Positions 8,853-18,986 of a stretch of DNA of 64,000 nt are shown here, piece after piece. The stretch lies in NCBI GenBank assembly GCA_965218095.1, contig OZ244587.1, forward strand, positions 1,472,001-1,536,000. The letters are read 5' to 3'. Position 1 is the stretch's first letter. Each line of letters begins with the position of its first letter. This DNA is from Candidatus Poribacteria bacterium (GTDB lineage: Bacteria; Poribacteria; WGA-4E; PCPOR2b). The notes beneath the pieces are model-generated. The model was not told where the DNA came from, did no database searches, and saw only the letters and a program-made list of their open reading frames with translations. Both the position numbers and the translations under genes were made by a program.

Positions 8853-9920
8853 ATGGGAATAGTAAAGAGAACTAAGGAGTTTTTATCAAGACGGGATTTT
8901 CTACGGGTAAGCGCGGCAGGGGCGGCCGGGCTTACCGCCACTGGAGCGATTCTGACGTCAAGTCGCGCTCAAGATGCCGCAAAACCTTCGTATGATTCGT
9001 CAGATTCAGCGGATATGAGTATGGGAGGTCCAGGGCATGGTCAAACTGGCATGTTCGGCTCTATCGGGAAAACAACATCTGACGGATTTAACCCGAACAA
9101 ATATCTCACTCACTTCGACTATGGCAAAGTGAGCACACTTCCAGATGGCAGAACCCTGAGAGAATATAGTATAACCGCGATAGAAAAGGAGATAGAAATT
9201 GCACCCGGGGTGATGTTTCCGGCGTGGACATATAATGGCACCGTGCCTGGCCCTACGTTGCGTTGTACAGAGGGCGATCGTGTTCGCGTCTATTTTAAGA
9301 ACAACGCAACTCATCCGCACACCATCCATTTTCACGGCTTCCACCCTGCGAATATGGACGGCGTTTTTGAGCAGATTCCACCTGGAGCCAGCTACACCTA
9401 TGAGTTTGACGCGGAGCCTTTTGGGTTGCACCTTTATCATTGTCACACAATACCTTTGAAGCGTCACCTCCATAAAGGACTTTATGGGGCATTTATTATC
9501 GACCCCAAGCAGCGCCGCCCGGAGGCCAAAGAGTTGGTCATGGTGATGAACGGCTTTGATACGAATTTCGATGCCGAGAATGAATTTTATGCGGTAAATA
9601 CGGTCGGGTTCTATTATCAAGATCACCCTATTCCGCTTAAAGTCGGGGAGTTAGTCCGGATATATCTCGTCAACGTGTTAGAATTTGACCTGATCAATTC
9701 GCTTCACATTCATGCCGGTTTCTTCAAGCTTTTCCGCACAGGCACGAACCTTGATTTTTATGAGTTTACGGACACCGTCATGCTCTGTCAGGGTGAGCGG
9801 TGCGTCGTGGAGTTTACCTATAATTATCCTGGTATGTTCATGTTTCACGCACATCAAGCCGAGTTTGCCGAATTGGGCTGGATGGGCTTCTTCGACGTAA
9901 AGGAGGAAACCCATGTCTGA
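8853..9920 (+). CDS. Tat-exported two-domain multicopper oxidase
   Basis: SRRDFLR signal; HTIHFHG, YHCH..H..GL, LHIH and FHAH motifs. T1 Cys is present only in domain 1. Confidence 0.9.
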   Translation: MGIVKRTKEFLSRRDFLRVSAAGAAGLTATGAILTSSRAQDAAKPSYDSSDSADMSMGGPGHGQTGMFGSIGKTTSDGFNPNKYLTHFDYGKVSTLPDGRTLREYSITAIEKEIEIAPGVMFPAWTYNGTVPGPTLRCTEGDRVRVYFKNNATHPHTIHFHGFHPANMDGVFEQIPPGASYTYEFDAEPFGLHLYHCHTIPLKRHLHKGLYGAFIIDPKQRRPEAKELVMVMNGFDTNFDAENEFYAVNTVGFYYQDHPIPLKVGELVRIYLVNVLEFDLINSLHIHAGFFKLFRTGTNLDFYEFTDTVMLCQGERCVVEFTYNYPGMFMFHAHQAEFAELGWMGFFDVKEETHV

Positions 9921-11148
9921 TCTTGATAAAAACAGTTCACATCCTGAACAGCCCGATTCCGATTCAAGCGATAGGTTTCGGATGCCAATTTGGCTCAACG
10001 CGATTCTGCCGATTATCTTGCTTGGCATTTTGCTATACCTTATCGTCAACGGGACTTTAGGGACCTTCCGAGACGTTTTTCCGCCCGTTGAGGAGTTGAG
10101 TATTCAGCGCATCGTCTTGCCAGAGCCCGGTAAGATCGTCGTCCATGTGATCAACGACGGTCCCAGTCCCGTCACGATAGCTCAAGCCACGGTTGACGAG
10201 GCAATCTGGAGGGATATTACTATCGAGCCGAGCAGTACGCTCAAACATCTTGAAAAGGCGACCATCACGTTTTCCTACCCCTGGGTCAAAAATGAAACGC
10301 ATGAAGTGACCTTGATAACGAGCACCGGTTTAACTTTCAGTGGTGAGATTCCAGTTGCAGTGGTGTCTCCTCGGCCGTCGCTAAGGCTCCTTGCGACTTT
10401 TGCGATGCTTGGCATTTATGTAGGGGTTATACCGGTTTGCCTCGGGCTTTTATGGTTTCCTTTTTTGAGGCAACTGTCTGGCGGATGGTTTGACTTTTTG
10501 ATCAGCTTAACTGTGGGCTTGCTGGTCTTTTTAGGTATAGACGCATTTGCGGAGTCCATTGAATTGAGTGAAAGGGTGCCCAGTTCCTACCAGGGGGTGG
10601 CAATTATCACCATCGGTCTGCTTTTGACTATCCTCATACTCACTGCCATCAGCCGGTACGCTAGAGCTGCCTCCGCACAAAGAGGCGAATCATACGGCGC
10701 GTTGGTCTTAGCTTATCTGGTTGCATTTGGCATCGGCGTCCATAACCTCGGCGAAGGGCTTGCTATCGGTGCCGCATACGCCGTGGGCGAGATAGCGGTG
10801 GGAACATTGTTAGTTCTGGGGTTTACCATTCATAATACCACAGAAGGTATCGCCATTGTCGCTCCCATAACCCGCTCGAAGTTCAAATGGATCCATTTGG
10901 TCTGGATGGGACTCCTGGCAGGGGGGCCCACCATCATCGGCACATGGGTGGGCGGGTTTACATATTCTGACGTCTGGTCGGTACTGTTTTTGGCGATCGG
11001 TGCCGGCGCCGTCTTCCAAGTCGGCTATCAGATTGTTAAAGGAATGGCGGCTCAATCCGTTCAATCATTAGTTTCTTTTTCAAACGTAGCTGGATTTTTA
11101 GCCGGATTATTAATCATGTATGTGACAGGCTTATTTGTAGCGGCCTGA
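9913..11148 (+). CDS. ZIP-family metal transporter with N-terminal extracytoplasmic domain
   Basis: HNLGEG and HNTTEG ZIP signatures; overlaps the MCO stop. Confidence 0.88.
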   Translation: MSDLDKNSSHPEQPDSDSSDRFRMPIWLNAILPIILLGILLYLIVNGTLGTFRDVFPPVEELSIQRIVLPEPGKIVVHVINDGPSPVTIAQATVDEAIWRDITIEPSSTLKHLEKATITFSYPWVKNETHEVTLITSTGLTFSGEIPVAVVSPRPSLRLLATFAMLGIYVGVIPVCLGLLWFPFLRQLSGGWFDFLISLTVGLLVFLGIDAFAESIELSERVPSSYQGVAIITIGLLLTILILTAISRYARAASAQRGESYGALVLAYLVAFGIGVHNLGEGLAIGAAYAVGEIAVGTLLVLGFTIHNTTEGIAIVAPITRSKFKWIHLVWMGLLAGGPTIIGTWVGGFTYSDVWSVLFLAIGAGAVFQVGYQIVKGMAAQSVQSLVSFSNVAGFLAGLLIMYVTGLFVAA

Positions 11149-11169
11149 AATTGCACAGGAGCATATCAG

Positions 11170-11550
11170 ATGAGAAGAATTATCTACCCATTGGCTTTTG
11201 TAGTGATCGTAGCAGTGGTAGGGGGATCCTTATGGGGATTCAACTTCAGTAGGGCGTCCAATAGCCTGCCCCCCGTTAATATTGAGGTCATCGCTAGGGA
11301 AATGAGCTTCAACGAAAATAACCCGCCTATTGTTATTAAAAAAGGTCAAACGATTCATCTCACTGTGAAGAATGAGGAAGAGTCGGGCGTGTATCACGAT
11401 TTCGAGATCTCGGCATTGAGAGTGAAAACACAGCTCCTGGAACCCGGTGAGGCTGAAACGCTTAACTTCACCGCAAATCGTGAGGGGATATTTACCTATA
11501 CATGCCCGTTCCATCCACGAATGATGGTGGGCAAAGTGATAGTCGAATAA
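11170..11550 (+). CDS. Cupredoxin-domain protein
   Basis: Signal anchor; YHDF and YTCPFHPRMM T1-type ligands. Confidence 0.8.
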   Translation: MRRIIYPLAFVVIVAVVGGSLWGFNFSRASNSLPPVNIEVIAREMSFNENNPPIVIKKGQTIHLTVKNEEESGVYHDFEISALRVKTQLLEPGEAETLNFTANREGIFTYTCPFHPRMMVGKVIVE

Positions 11551-11670
11551 CCCAAAAGCTGGATTGACCGTCACTGGATTTCCGAAAATCTCAGCCTACC
11601 AACCATTTCAGGCTGTACAGTGCCTTCCTACCAATTACTCACCGTCTCAGCGCGAATGAGAGAGGGGATT

Positions 11671-12126
11671 ATGCGTATTAGAATTTATGTTGCCATGGGC
11701 ACCATTGTGATTTTGGGTTGGGTCGGCTGTGCGGGTGTAGACTACATTCGAGATGCACCTGAGCGAGTGAAGGCGGCGGATTGGGCCAAAATGGAAACCG
11801 TTCAGGCCTCTCTCACCGAGTATACTTTTTCGCCGTCAACGTTAGTGTTTCAGGAAGGTGTTCCGTACAAGTTAGAGATAATGAACAAAGGGACGATGAA
11901 GCACTACTTCACGGCTGAGGGGTTCTTCAAGGCAATTGCCACGCGAAAACTTCAATCGAACACCGATGGTGAGATTAAAGCGCCCTATTTTACGGCGATT
12001 GAGATTTTTCCCGGCCGTTCCTTGGACCTGTACTTCATACCTATCAGACAAGGTAGCTATGAGCTTCTATGCACCATCGAAGGGCACGCTGGAAAAGGGA
12101 TGGTCGGGCAGATACGGATCGAGTAA
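11671..12126 (+). CDS. Cupredoxin/plastocyanin-like putative lipoprotein
   Basis: Lipobox-like WVGC; KHYF and CTIEGHAGKGM ligands. Confidence 0.8.
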   Translation: MRIRIYVAMGTIVILGWVGCAGVDYIRDAPERVKAADWAKMETVQASLTEYTFSPSTLVFQEGVPYKLEIMNKGTMKHYFTAEGFFKAIATRKLQSNTDGEIKAPYFTAIEIFPGRSLDLYFIPIRQGSYELLCTIEGHAGKGMVGQIRIE

Positions 12127-12239
12127 TGAAAACAGCCAGCGACTTCAGATAATAGTGTGTGAAGCCCTATCGCTCCTTTGGTCATTCCCGCAGTACTGAG
12201 ACATCGTTTGACCTACCAACCATATCGATTTGGTCCCCA

Positions 12240-12465
12240 CGGTTTTCCCCACGGTTTCTTGCTCCTGGTTTGCCATCAGCACCGTTTTGCTTGGTACGTC
12301 CTCATACAAGATGCCCCTTAGCCCACCGACGCTGTAAGATCCAATCTTCTTTCCCGGCATGATAATCGGGTTGACGCCCGTCCGGCAGTAGTTCCCCATG
12401 TATGTTGCATTCGCCCCGATAGGCGGCACTTCGCAGCATCCATTGATTTGGCGCCGATCTGTCAA
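12240..12465 (-). pseudogene. Fragment of a GlmU-like hexapeptide (left-handed beta-helix) C-terminus
   Basis: YMGNYCRTGVNPIIMPGKKIGSYS..LYEDVP with no upstream gene body. Confidence 0.5.
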
Positions 12466-12713
12466 CTTTTGATCACGACCATCATTCCAATCGTCATCAC
12501 CATTGAAGGACGACGATTTGACGATTTGACGATTTATGTCTCGGCATTATGAAGCGGAAGCACAACGGCGTGCGGCGGATAGGACTGCTTATCTGTTAAA
12601 CAGCTTGGCAAGTCAAAATCCGACGGAATAGCAAAGCGTGGGCAGTATTTTGGCTGAACCTCCAACTTTTCGGGAGTGATACAGCGGAGTGCAAGAAGTC
12701 CGTGTCATCGATA

Positions 12714-13217
12714 TTAAATTCCCATCCGCATGGCAACCGCGGCAAGCAGGATGAGCAGGGCAAACACACCCATGAGGCTGGATACGACTGTCATCTGACC
12801 GCGCATTTTGTCAATATGTCCGGGGAGTTCTTGAGCATCCGGTTCAAGCTCCTCGACGGCTTTCGCCAACCGCGGGGCCATGATGAAGCCGTGAATTGCG
12901 GTTAAGACAATCAGGATGAGGACGAGAATCACTTTGATGCCAAGCATCCGCATGAAGGGAACGATCAAATCCGAATTTTCTAACACGCCAGCGGTAAAGA
13001 TGTTAAATAGCCCGGAGAAGATGAGAATGAGCACGCATGCCCACCCAATCGGTTCAAAGCCTTTGCCGATCTGTGTCAGGATCTTGATCCGTTCCACAGG
13101 GGAAACAGATCGTTTGAAGTGAGGCACAATCACCATTGCCATCATCAGATTGCCGCCGACCCAAATTGCAGCAGCGGTGACATGTAACCATAAAACCAAT
13201 ACACCGAGTATTTCCAT
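12714..13217 (-). CDS. CopD-family membrane protein
   Basis: WLHVTAAAIWVGG, LGIKVILV and AIHGF motifs; four TM segments. Confidence 0.75.
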   Translation of the reverse strand: MEILGVLVLWLHVTAAAIWVGGNLMMAMVIVPHFKRSVSPVERIKILTQIGKGFEPIGWACVLILIFSGLFNIFTAGVLENSDLIVPFMRMLGIKVILVLILIVLTAIHGFIMAPRLAKAVEELEPDAQELPGHIDKMRGQMTVVSSLMGVFALLILLAAVAMRMGI

Positions 13218-13587
13218 AAGATCTCCTTTATTTCAGAACATGGATTCGGTAAGATTTATACGCCAACGACTTTCTATTTGATCACAGGTATACTTTTTCA
13301 GTCGTTGGCGTCCATAGTTATCGGACACGAATTGTCTTTTGTCTAAATTAGATATTCGTGCTATGACTGGATTTCTTTTTTCGAGATTCCCGAAAAGTGG
13401 CGAAATGATGAGTGATCGGGTGCGTTTATTGGTCACTTCCTATTTTCGTATCTTTTCACCGCTTCCATCGCTTCGGGTGTTTGTATCTTTCTCAGGACCT
13501 CAGCCGCACCAGAAAAAACCTGACTCTTACTGACAGGTAAAACGTCTCAGATCGTTGTGAAGTTACCACAGACTCTGCTTGGAAGTG

Positions 13588-14427
13588 CTAAATTTTTTCA
13601 ATCGCCTCCGCGGTTAGCCAGCCCGAATTTTCATCGGGTAGATAGATTTTTACCCAATCACTGCGTTCCTCCTGAAGTTGGACCTTGGTTCCCTCATGTA
13701 AGGGAAGAGCGATTGTCTCTGCCCCCGAATCGGGTTCACTCTGCACCATGACTTCGTTTGCGATGACAATTGCATACGGAACGTTGAGATCTCGAATTTT
13801 CAAGCCCAAGAGCAACAGGGAAAACAGCCATGCAAAGCACCCGATCAGGGCGACATAGCGCAGTGCCTGTTGGAGACGAAGATTCTGAATGAATTGGATT
13901 GCGACGATACTTACGGCTGCGATCCAATAAGGAACAAGCCCTGACCACGCGATCTGGTTTGGGTGTAAAGCGCCATACAGGAGCGAAAAGCCGGATGGTA
14001 GTTTAACGAGATCAAATTGATCGATATTCCGTGCCCCGGCGACTTTGAGATTGAAGCTAGTATCTTTGTCCCTTGGCATCAATTGCTTCGCACGCTCGTA
14101 GTTCAAGATTGCCTTTCCCCTATTTCCAAGACGAAAATAGGTGTTGCCGAGATTATAATAAATAACGCCATTTTGAATCGAAGCTGCAATCTGTTCGTAC
14201 TTGTCAACCGCCTGTTGGTACTGCCCACCGGCATATAAAGCGTTTGCACGCCGATAGTTAGCTTCCAAACTTGATTGGGATTGGGAATAGGCGTACCCCT
14301 CCCAGAAGGTGAAAAAAAGAAAAGAGACGAAAAACGTAAAACGTGAGACGAATCCTTCCTTATCTCCTATCCTTCTATTCTTCCATCCTTCCAATCTCCT
14401 TACCTCATCATACATAATGCACATCAT
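13588..14427 (-). CDS. batE: BatE-like TPR + SH3 protein
   Basis: YYNLGNTYFRLG, AILNYERA and LHEGTKV..W..I..GW motifs; overlaps the batD stop. Confidence 0.8.
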   Translation of the reverse strand: MMCIMYDEVRRLEGWKNRRIGDKEGFVSRFTFFVSFLFFTFWEGYAYSQSQSSLEANYRRANALYAGGQYQQAVDKYEQIAASIQNGVIYYNLGNTYFRLGNRGKAILNYERAKQLMPRDKDTSFNLKVAGARNIDQFDLVKLPSGFSLLYGALHPNQIAWSGLVPYWIAAVSIVAIQFIQNLRLQQALRYVALIGCFAWLFSLLLLGLKIRDLNVPYAIVIANEVMVQSEPDSGAETIALPLHEGTKVQLQEERSDWVKIYLPDENSGWLTAEAIEKI

Positions 14428-16250
14428 GTCTTCAACTGCCGTTCCTTCTCAATTTCGTGAATCGCTCCCCTGGCATGATTGAGGGCATTCTCCATATCTT
14501 TTGGATTCGCAGCAACTGGGGCAAAGCGCACATAGTCGCACCGCGTCAGCATATCAACGAACCGCGTCGTCGAAGATTCAGGGATGTCCCCTGCCTCACA
14601 TCGCTGACGTGCAAGTTCGGGATTGAGTCCACCTGGCGAAATATCAAAGATGTCTCCAACATACTGGTACAATCCGGTGGCGAGGGCAGCGAAAAACGCC
14701 GCCGGTCCATTCTCGATCTGCTTCTCAGCTTCTTCAAGGGTTTTGAGAGCTCGTTTTGCAGCGTTCTGCTGTCGAAGCTGTTTGGGGTCGCGCCTGGCTT
14801 GCTGCTGCTGATAGAACCATACAAACAAAACAACGATGACTGGCAAGATCTGGGCAATCCAGAACGATGCACGTCTATAGGGATAAGCACTTCTATCCGT
14901 CAATTTCAGCGAATCCGGCTTGATATATCGAATATCCTGTTTGAGGAGGTGCATCTCGGAATGCGTCACTTGTGTGGTTGTTGTTCTGGTTGCTCCATCC
15001 GGGTTAGGACGCACAGTGATAGTAATTGGAACCGTACGTGCAATATGGTAACTCTCCTTTTGTGGATGGAAATAAGAGTACTCAATTGCAGGAATCGTCC
15101 AATTCCCTTCTTCTGATGGAATGATGACATATTCATACGTGCGATTCCCCTGAATTTTTGAGTCCACTTCGCCAATGGCATCCGTAATCTTGGGGTCATA
15201 TATCGTCATATTGGGGATGGTGGGAATAACCGGCGGTGTCAACGTCTCGATATTCCCTTGTCCTGAGACTTGTAACCGCAGGGTAAATCCATCTCCCGCT
15301 TTGATCGTCTGCGGATGTGCTTGCGTATGAATCTGATATTGACCGACGGTGCCCGTGAAGTTCGCGGGTTTCCCCGCTTGAGGAAGTGGGCGAACATCGA
15401 CTTCGATTGCATCCGCGACCAATACACTGGGCGAATTGATGCGACCAAAACCCCTGGAAATGGGAAGAGAAAGTTTCGCCGGTTCGATTGTCACCTTGCC
15501 GGCGGTAATTGGAAACAGCGCAACCTGAATCTCCTCAACCCAATAGGGCGTTCCGTCAATCACCTGTCTTTGACGCCGTTTTCTTTCCAAATCCTTTTCC
15601 CAAAAGCGCGTCAAAGGCGGTGGGGCATATTTGGGCGAGTTGAAACCTGGAATCCGGGCGTTATAGAGATACCGAAAGGCATATGTGATCTGTTCATTGA
15701 CATAGGGACGTGAATTATCGACAGAGGCTTCAACTTTATGGGCGCCACCGGAAAATGTATCCGTGAAAGCATTCGGACTCGATTCCCTTCGGGAGGGCTT
15801 CTGCGATTTTGGTAATACTTTGATGGTGATCGGATCAGTTGTGTAGGTTTTGCGGCCATAGGTAATATGAATTTCCGGCACTGTAAATCGGCCTACTTTC
15901 TCAGGTCTCAACAGATAAGACCAGGTCATTGAGACAGAAATCTGATTGCCGATGAGATTATATTGACTGGATGAGCCGCTATAAGAGACCTCGAACGCTG
16001 GCAACGATTTCAGCCTTGGTGGCGCAATCTGGCTGAATTGTGTGTTGCCAGAAAGCGTCACGCGCAGAGTTGCCATCTCGTTGAGATTGATAATTTTCGG
16101 GGTGACACCTGCTGATACCGTAATGTCCTGGCTGTAAGCAACCCCGGCAAAGAGAGCGTAAACAAAGAGCCCAGGAAGCGTGAAACGTGAAACGTGATGC
16201 GTGATGCGTGATGCGTATTGCGTAAGAATATGATTCATTGATTTGCCCAT
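14424..16250 (-). CDS. batD: BatD-family protein
   Basis: Ig-like repeats, VRPLP..KP.NF.G.VGQY, GQGNI, DIRYIK, a TM helix and a CDYVRFAP C-terminus. Confidence 0.88.
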   Translation of the reverse strand: MGKSMNHILTQYASRITHHVSRFTLPGLFVYALFAGVAYSQDITVSAGVTPKIINLNEMATLRVTLSGNTQFSQIAPPRLKSLPAFEVSYSGSSSQYNLIGNQISVSMTWSYLLRPEKVGRFTVPEIHITYGRKTYTTDPITIKVLPKSQKPSRRESSPNAFTDTFSGGAHKVEASVDNSRPYVNEQITYAFRYLYNARIPGFNSPKYAPPPLTRFWEKDLERKRRQRQVIDGTPYWVEEIQVALFPITAGKVTIEPAKLSLPISRGFGRINSPSVLVADAIEVDVRPLPQAGKPANFTGTVGQYQIHTQAHPQTIKAGDGFTLRLQVSGQGNIETLTPPVIPTIPNMTIYDPKITDAIGEVDSKIQGNRTYEYVIIPSEEGNWTIPAIEYSYFHPQKESYHIARTVPITITVRPNPDGATRTTTTQVTHSEMHLLKQDIRYIKPDSLKLTDRSAYPYRRASFWIAQILPVIVVLFVWFYQQQQARRDPKQLRQQNAAKRALKTLEEAEKQIENGPAAFFAALATGLYQYVGDIFDISPGGLNPELARQRCEAGDIPESSTTRFVDMLTRCDYVRFAPVAANPKDMENALNHARGAIHEIEKERQLKT

Positions 16251-16262
16251 TCGCGCATCCCC

Positions 16263-17081
16263 CTACCAATCCTTCTCAGGTCTCTGGCGCCTCGAAAATC
16301 GCTTTCGTAATATCTTCTTCTGAATTTCCTTTTCGTCATCTTTGACGGCCTCCAGGAGTCGAATTGCATCTTCCCTGGATATTCCATCTGGCTGTTGGGC
16401 TGAGTCTTGTTCAGGTTGTGAAGGGGATTCTTCGGATTCGGCTACCTGTTCAGATGATTTCTGGTTCTGTTGATTTTGCTGCTGTGGCTCTGATTTTTCC
16501 GCATTCTGCTGATTTTGCGCTTGTTCTCTCTCATTTTGTTGATTTTCTTCGGCGTTCTGTTGGCTCTGTTTTTGTTGATCGCTCTCCCCATCCTCGGAAT
16601 CTGATTGGTTCTGGTGCCGTGATTGTTGTTGCGTCAACTTCTCAAACGCGAGCTCAAGGTTATGCTTGGCATCTAGATCGGTCGGGTTCAGGCGTAGTGC
16701 GCTTTTGTAGGATCGGATTGCCCCCTCCAAATCACCTGATTGGACTTGAGCATTCCCCAGGTTGTAATATCCTTTTGACCGACGAATCGGATCTTTTGCG
16801 TCGAGTGATTGTCTGAATTCATCTGCGGCTTTTTCAAACCGTTTGTTTTGGTAAAGGACTGTGCCCAGGTTATAGTGGGAAATCGTATCTTCAGGTCGAT
16901 CTACCACTGCCGATTGGTACGCTTCGAGGGCGGCATTGTACTCTCCCGCTTCATAATGTTTGTTCCCATCCTTGATGAGGCGGGACCAACTTCCTATCCA
17001 CCCGATCAGAAAAAGGGATAAAAGGATGAGCGTGTAGCGCGAATTGTGGATTGTAGATTGTGGCGAATAACGGGTTCTCAT
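16263..17081 (-). CDS. batC: BatC-like TPR protein with Q-rich linker
   Basis: YNLG TPR repeats, ALRLNPTD.DAKHNLE and C-terminal EKDW. Confidence 0.82.
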   Translation of the reverse strand: MRTRYSPQSTIHNSRYTLILLSLFLIGWIGSWSRLIKDGNKHYEAGEYNAALEAYQSAVVDRPEDTISHYNLGTVLYQNKRFEKAADEFRQSLDAKDPIRRSKGYYNLGNAQVQSGDLEGAIRSYKSALRLNPTDLDAKHNLELAFEKLTQQQSRHQNQSDSEDGESDQQKQSQQNAEENQQNEREQAQNQQNAEKSEPQQQNQQNQKSSEQVAESEESPSQPEQDSAQQPDGISREDAIRLLEAVKDDEKEIQKKILRKRFSRRQRPEKDW

Positions 17082-17287
17082 CTGCCTGTTTCCCTGAATT
17101 ACCTGTCTTTAGGCGAATTGAGAAGCATGTTCCGCTATTATAGCCTACATTGAATCCATTTTTCAATTGGTGTTTTATACAACCTGAAAGGTTGTGGACG
17201 CTAGCGTAGGCAATAGCGCTATTAACTAATTGAGCACGATTCCGTTATAAATTCTATCAGGAAATCTCCTACATGCGTTTAATAGAC

Positions 17288-17343
17288 AAATAAAAAGGCT
17301 GGAGAGGGGAAATCTACCGTCTTAATTTCTCCTTCCAGCCTTT
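17288..17343 (-). terminator. Putative intrinsic terminator downstream of gatB
   Basis: AAAGGCTGGA...TCCAGCCTTT inverted repeat followed by a U tract on the minus strand. Confidence 0.55.
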
Positions 17344-17490
17344 CAATCAAAGTAATTTTCAAAAAGAAAGTAATGGTTTGTAGTGAAGTCTCTAGCGTAG
17401 CGAGATCCCGATCTATCTACTGGTGTGTCTGCTTGCAAAATGTTGGCAATTTCAGTCATCGTTTGTTGGTTCACGGATTCGCGGATTCCC

Positions 17491-18936
17491 TCATCCATCG
17501 AGTTTCTGCTGCAGAAGTTGATTGACCATTTGTGGATTGGCTTTGCCTTTGGTGGCTTTCATCACCTGACCAACCAGGAAACCGATTGCTTTCTTTTTCC
17601 CATCTCGGTAATCTTGCGCGGGTCCCGGATTTTCTGTGATAACCTGATCAATGACTACCTCGATCGCCGACGCATCGGAAATTTGTGAAAGCCCTTTTTC
17701 CTCGACGATCTGGCTTGGCGTTTTGCCGGTTTCAAAGACATCGGGGAGTACGGATTTCGCGATTTTGCCGCTGATTGTCCCATCCTTGATCAGCTTAATC
17801 AATTCGCTAAGATGGGCGGGCGTCACTTTGGAATCCTGAATCTCCATTCCTTCACTGTTTAACAGGCCCGAAAGATCCCCCATGATCCAGTTACTGCTCG
17901 CCTTGGGATCGCTACTCAGACGCGCGGTTTGGTCGAAAAAATCCGCCATCTGCCGCGTAGTCGTGAGGAAGCCCGCATTGTAGGTGGGAATGTCGTACTC
18001 TTCCACGAAACGCTCGCGCCGATCAGCGGGCAGCTTCGGCAAGGACGATCGGATGCGCTCAACCTTTTCCGGCTCGACCTCAAAAGGAACAAGATCTGGT
18101 TCCGGGAAGTAGCGGTAGTCGTGGGCTTCCTCCTTACTCCGCATGGGCGAAGTCCTACCGGTGTCGAGGTCAAACAGCAGGGTGACCTGCTCGACTTCCC
18201 GACCTTCATCGAGCATTCTCGCTTGACGTTTTTCTTCGTATTCCAGGGCAGTCAGAACATGTTGAAATGAATTCTTATTTTTTAACTCTGTCCGAGTCCC
18301 AAATGCCTCGCTGCCAACGAGGCGCAGAGAGATGTTTGCATCACATCGAAAACTGCCCTCTTCCATGTTGCAATCGCTGACGTCCACATATTCCATGATC
18401 TCTTTGACGGCGCGCCAGTAGACGATCGCTTCGGCCGGTGATCGCAGATCGGGCTCACTCACAATCTCAAGCAGCGGTACACATGAACGGTTGAAATCCA
18501 CATAACTCCGATTCGGGTTTCCGGTCACGTCCACATGGACGAGTTTGCCAGCATCCTCCTCCAGGTGAATGCGATGGATGCGGACACGCTTTATCTCGCC
18601 TTCAAATTCAAAATCGACGTAGCCATCGTAGCTCAAAGGCAGATCGTATTGTGAGATCTGGTAGCCCTTCGGCAGATCTGGATAGAAGTAGTTTTTCCGA
18701 TCGAACTTGCTATAAGACGCGATCTTACAATTCATTGCTAAGGCGGCGCGGATCGCAAACTCTATCGCGCGCTCATTCATTACGGGCAGCACACCCGGCA
18801 TGCCTAAACAGATGGGGCATGTTTGCGTATTCGCCTCTGATCCAAACTTAACTTCGCAATTACAAAAGAGTTTACTGTTTGTCGATAATTCGGCGTGGAT
18901 CTCCAGGCCAATTACGGTTTCGTATTTATTTGCCAT
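17491..18936 (-). CDS. gatB: Asp/Glu-tRNA amidotransferase subunit B
   Basis: VIGLEIH, FDRKNYFYPDLPKGYQISQ, HLEEDAGK and YRYFPEPDL motifs. Start set at MANKYE after GGAG. Confidence 0.97.
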   Translation of the reverse strand: MANKYETVIGLEIHAELSTNSKLFCNCEVKFGSEANTQTCPICLGMPGVLPVMNERAIEFAIRAALAMNCKIASYSKFDRKNYFYPDLPKGYQISQYDLPLSYDGYVDFEFEGEIKRVRIHRIHLEEDAGKLVHVDVTGNPNRSYVDFNRSCVPLLEIVSEPDLRSPAEAIVYWRAVKEIMEYVDVSDCNMEEGSFRCDANISLRLVGSEAFGTRTELKNKNSFQHVLTALEYEEKRQARMLDEGREVEQVTLLFDLDTGRTSPMRSKEEAHDYRYFPEPDLVPFEVEPEKVERIRSSLPKLPADRRERFVEEYDIPTYNAGFLTTTRQMADFFDQTARLSSDPKASSNWIMGDLSGLLNSEGMEIQDSKVTPAHLSELIKLIKDGTISGKIAKSVLPDVFETGKTPSQIVEEKGLSQISDASAIEVVIDQVITENPGPAQDYRDGKKKAIGFLVGQVMKATKGKANPQMVNQLLQQKLDG

Positions 18937-18986
18937 ATTTGACTCTCCAAAACGTGAAGCATGAAACGTAATGCGTGAAACGTCCC

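Noticed and set aside
8853-9920. Copper nitrite reductase NirK
   Set aside because: Domain 2 has HxH motifs of a trinuclear site and the context is metal uptake, which fits a two-domain MCO better.
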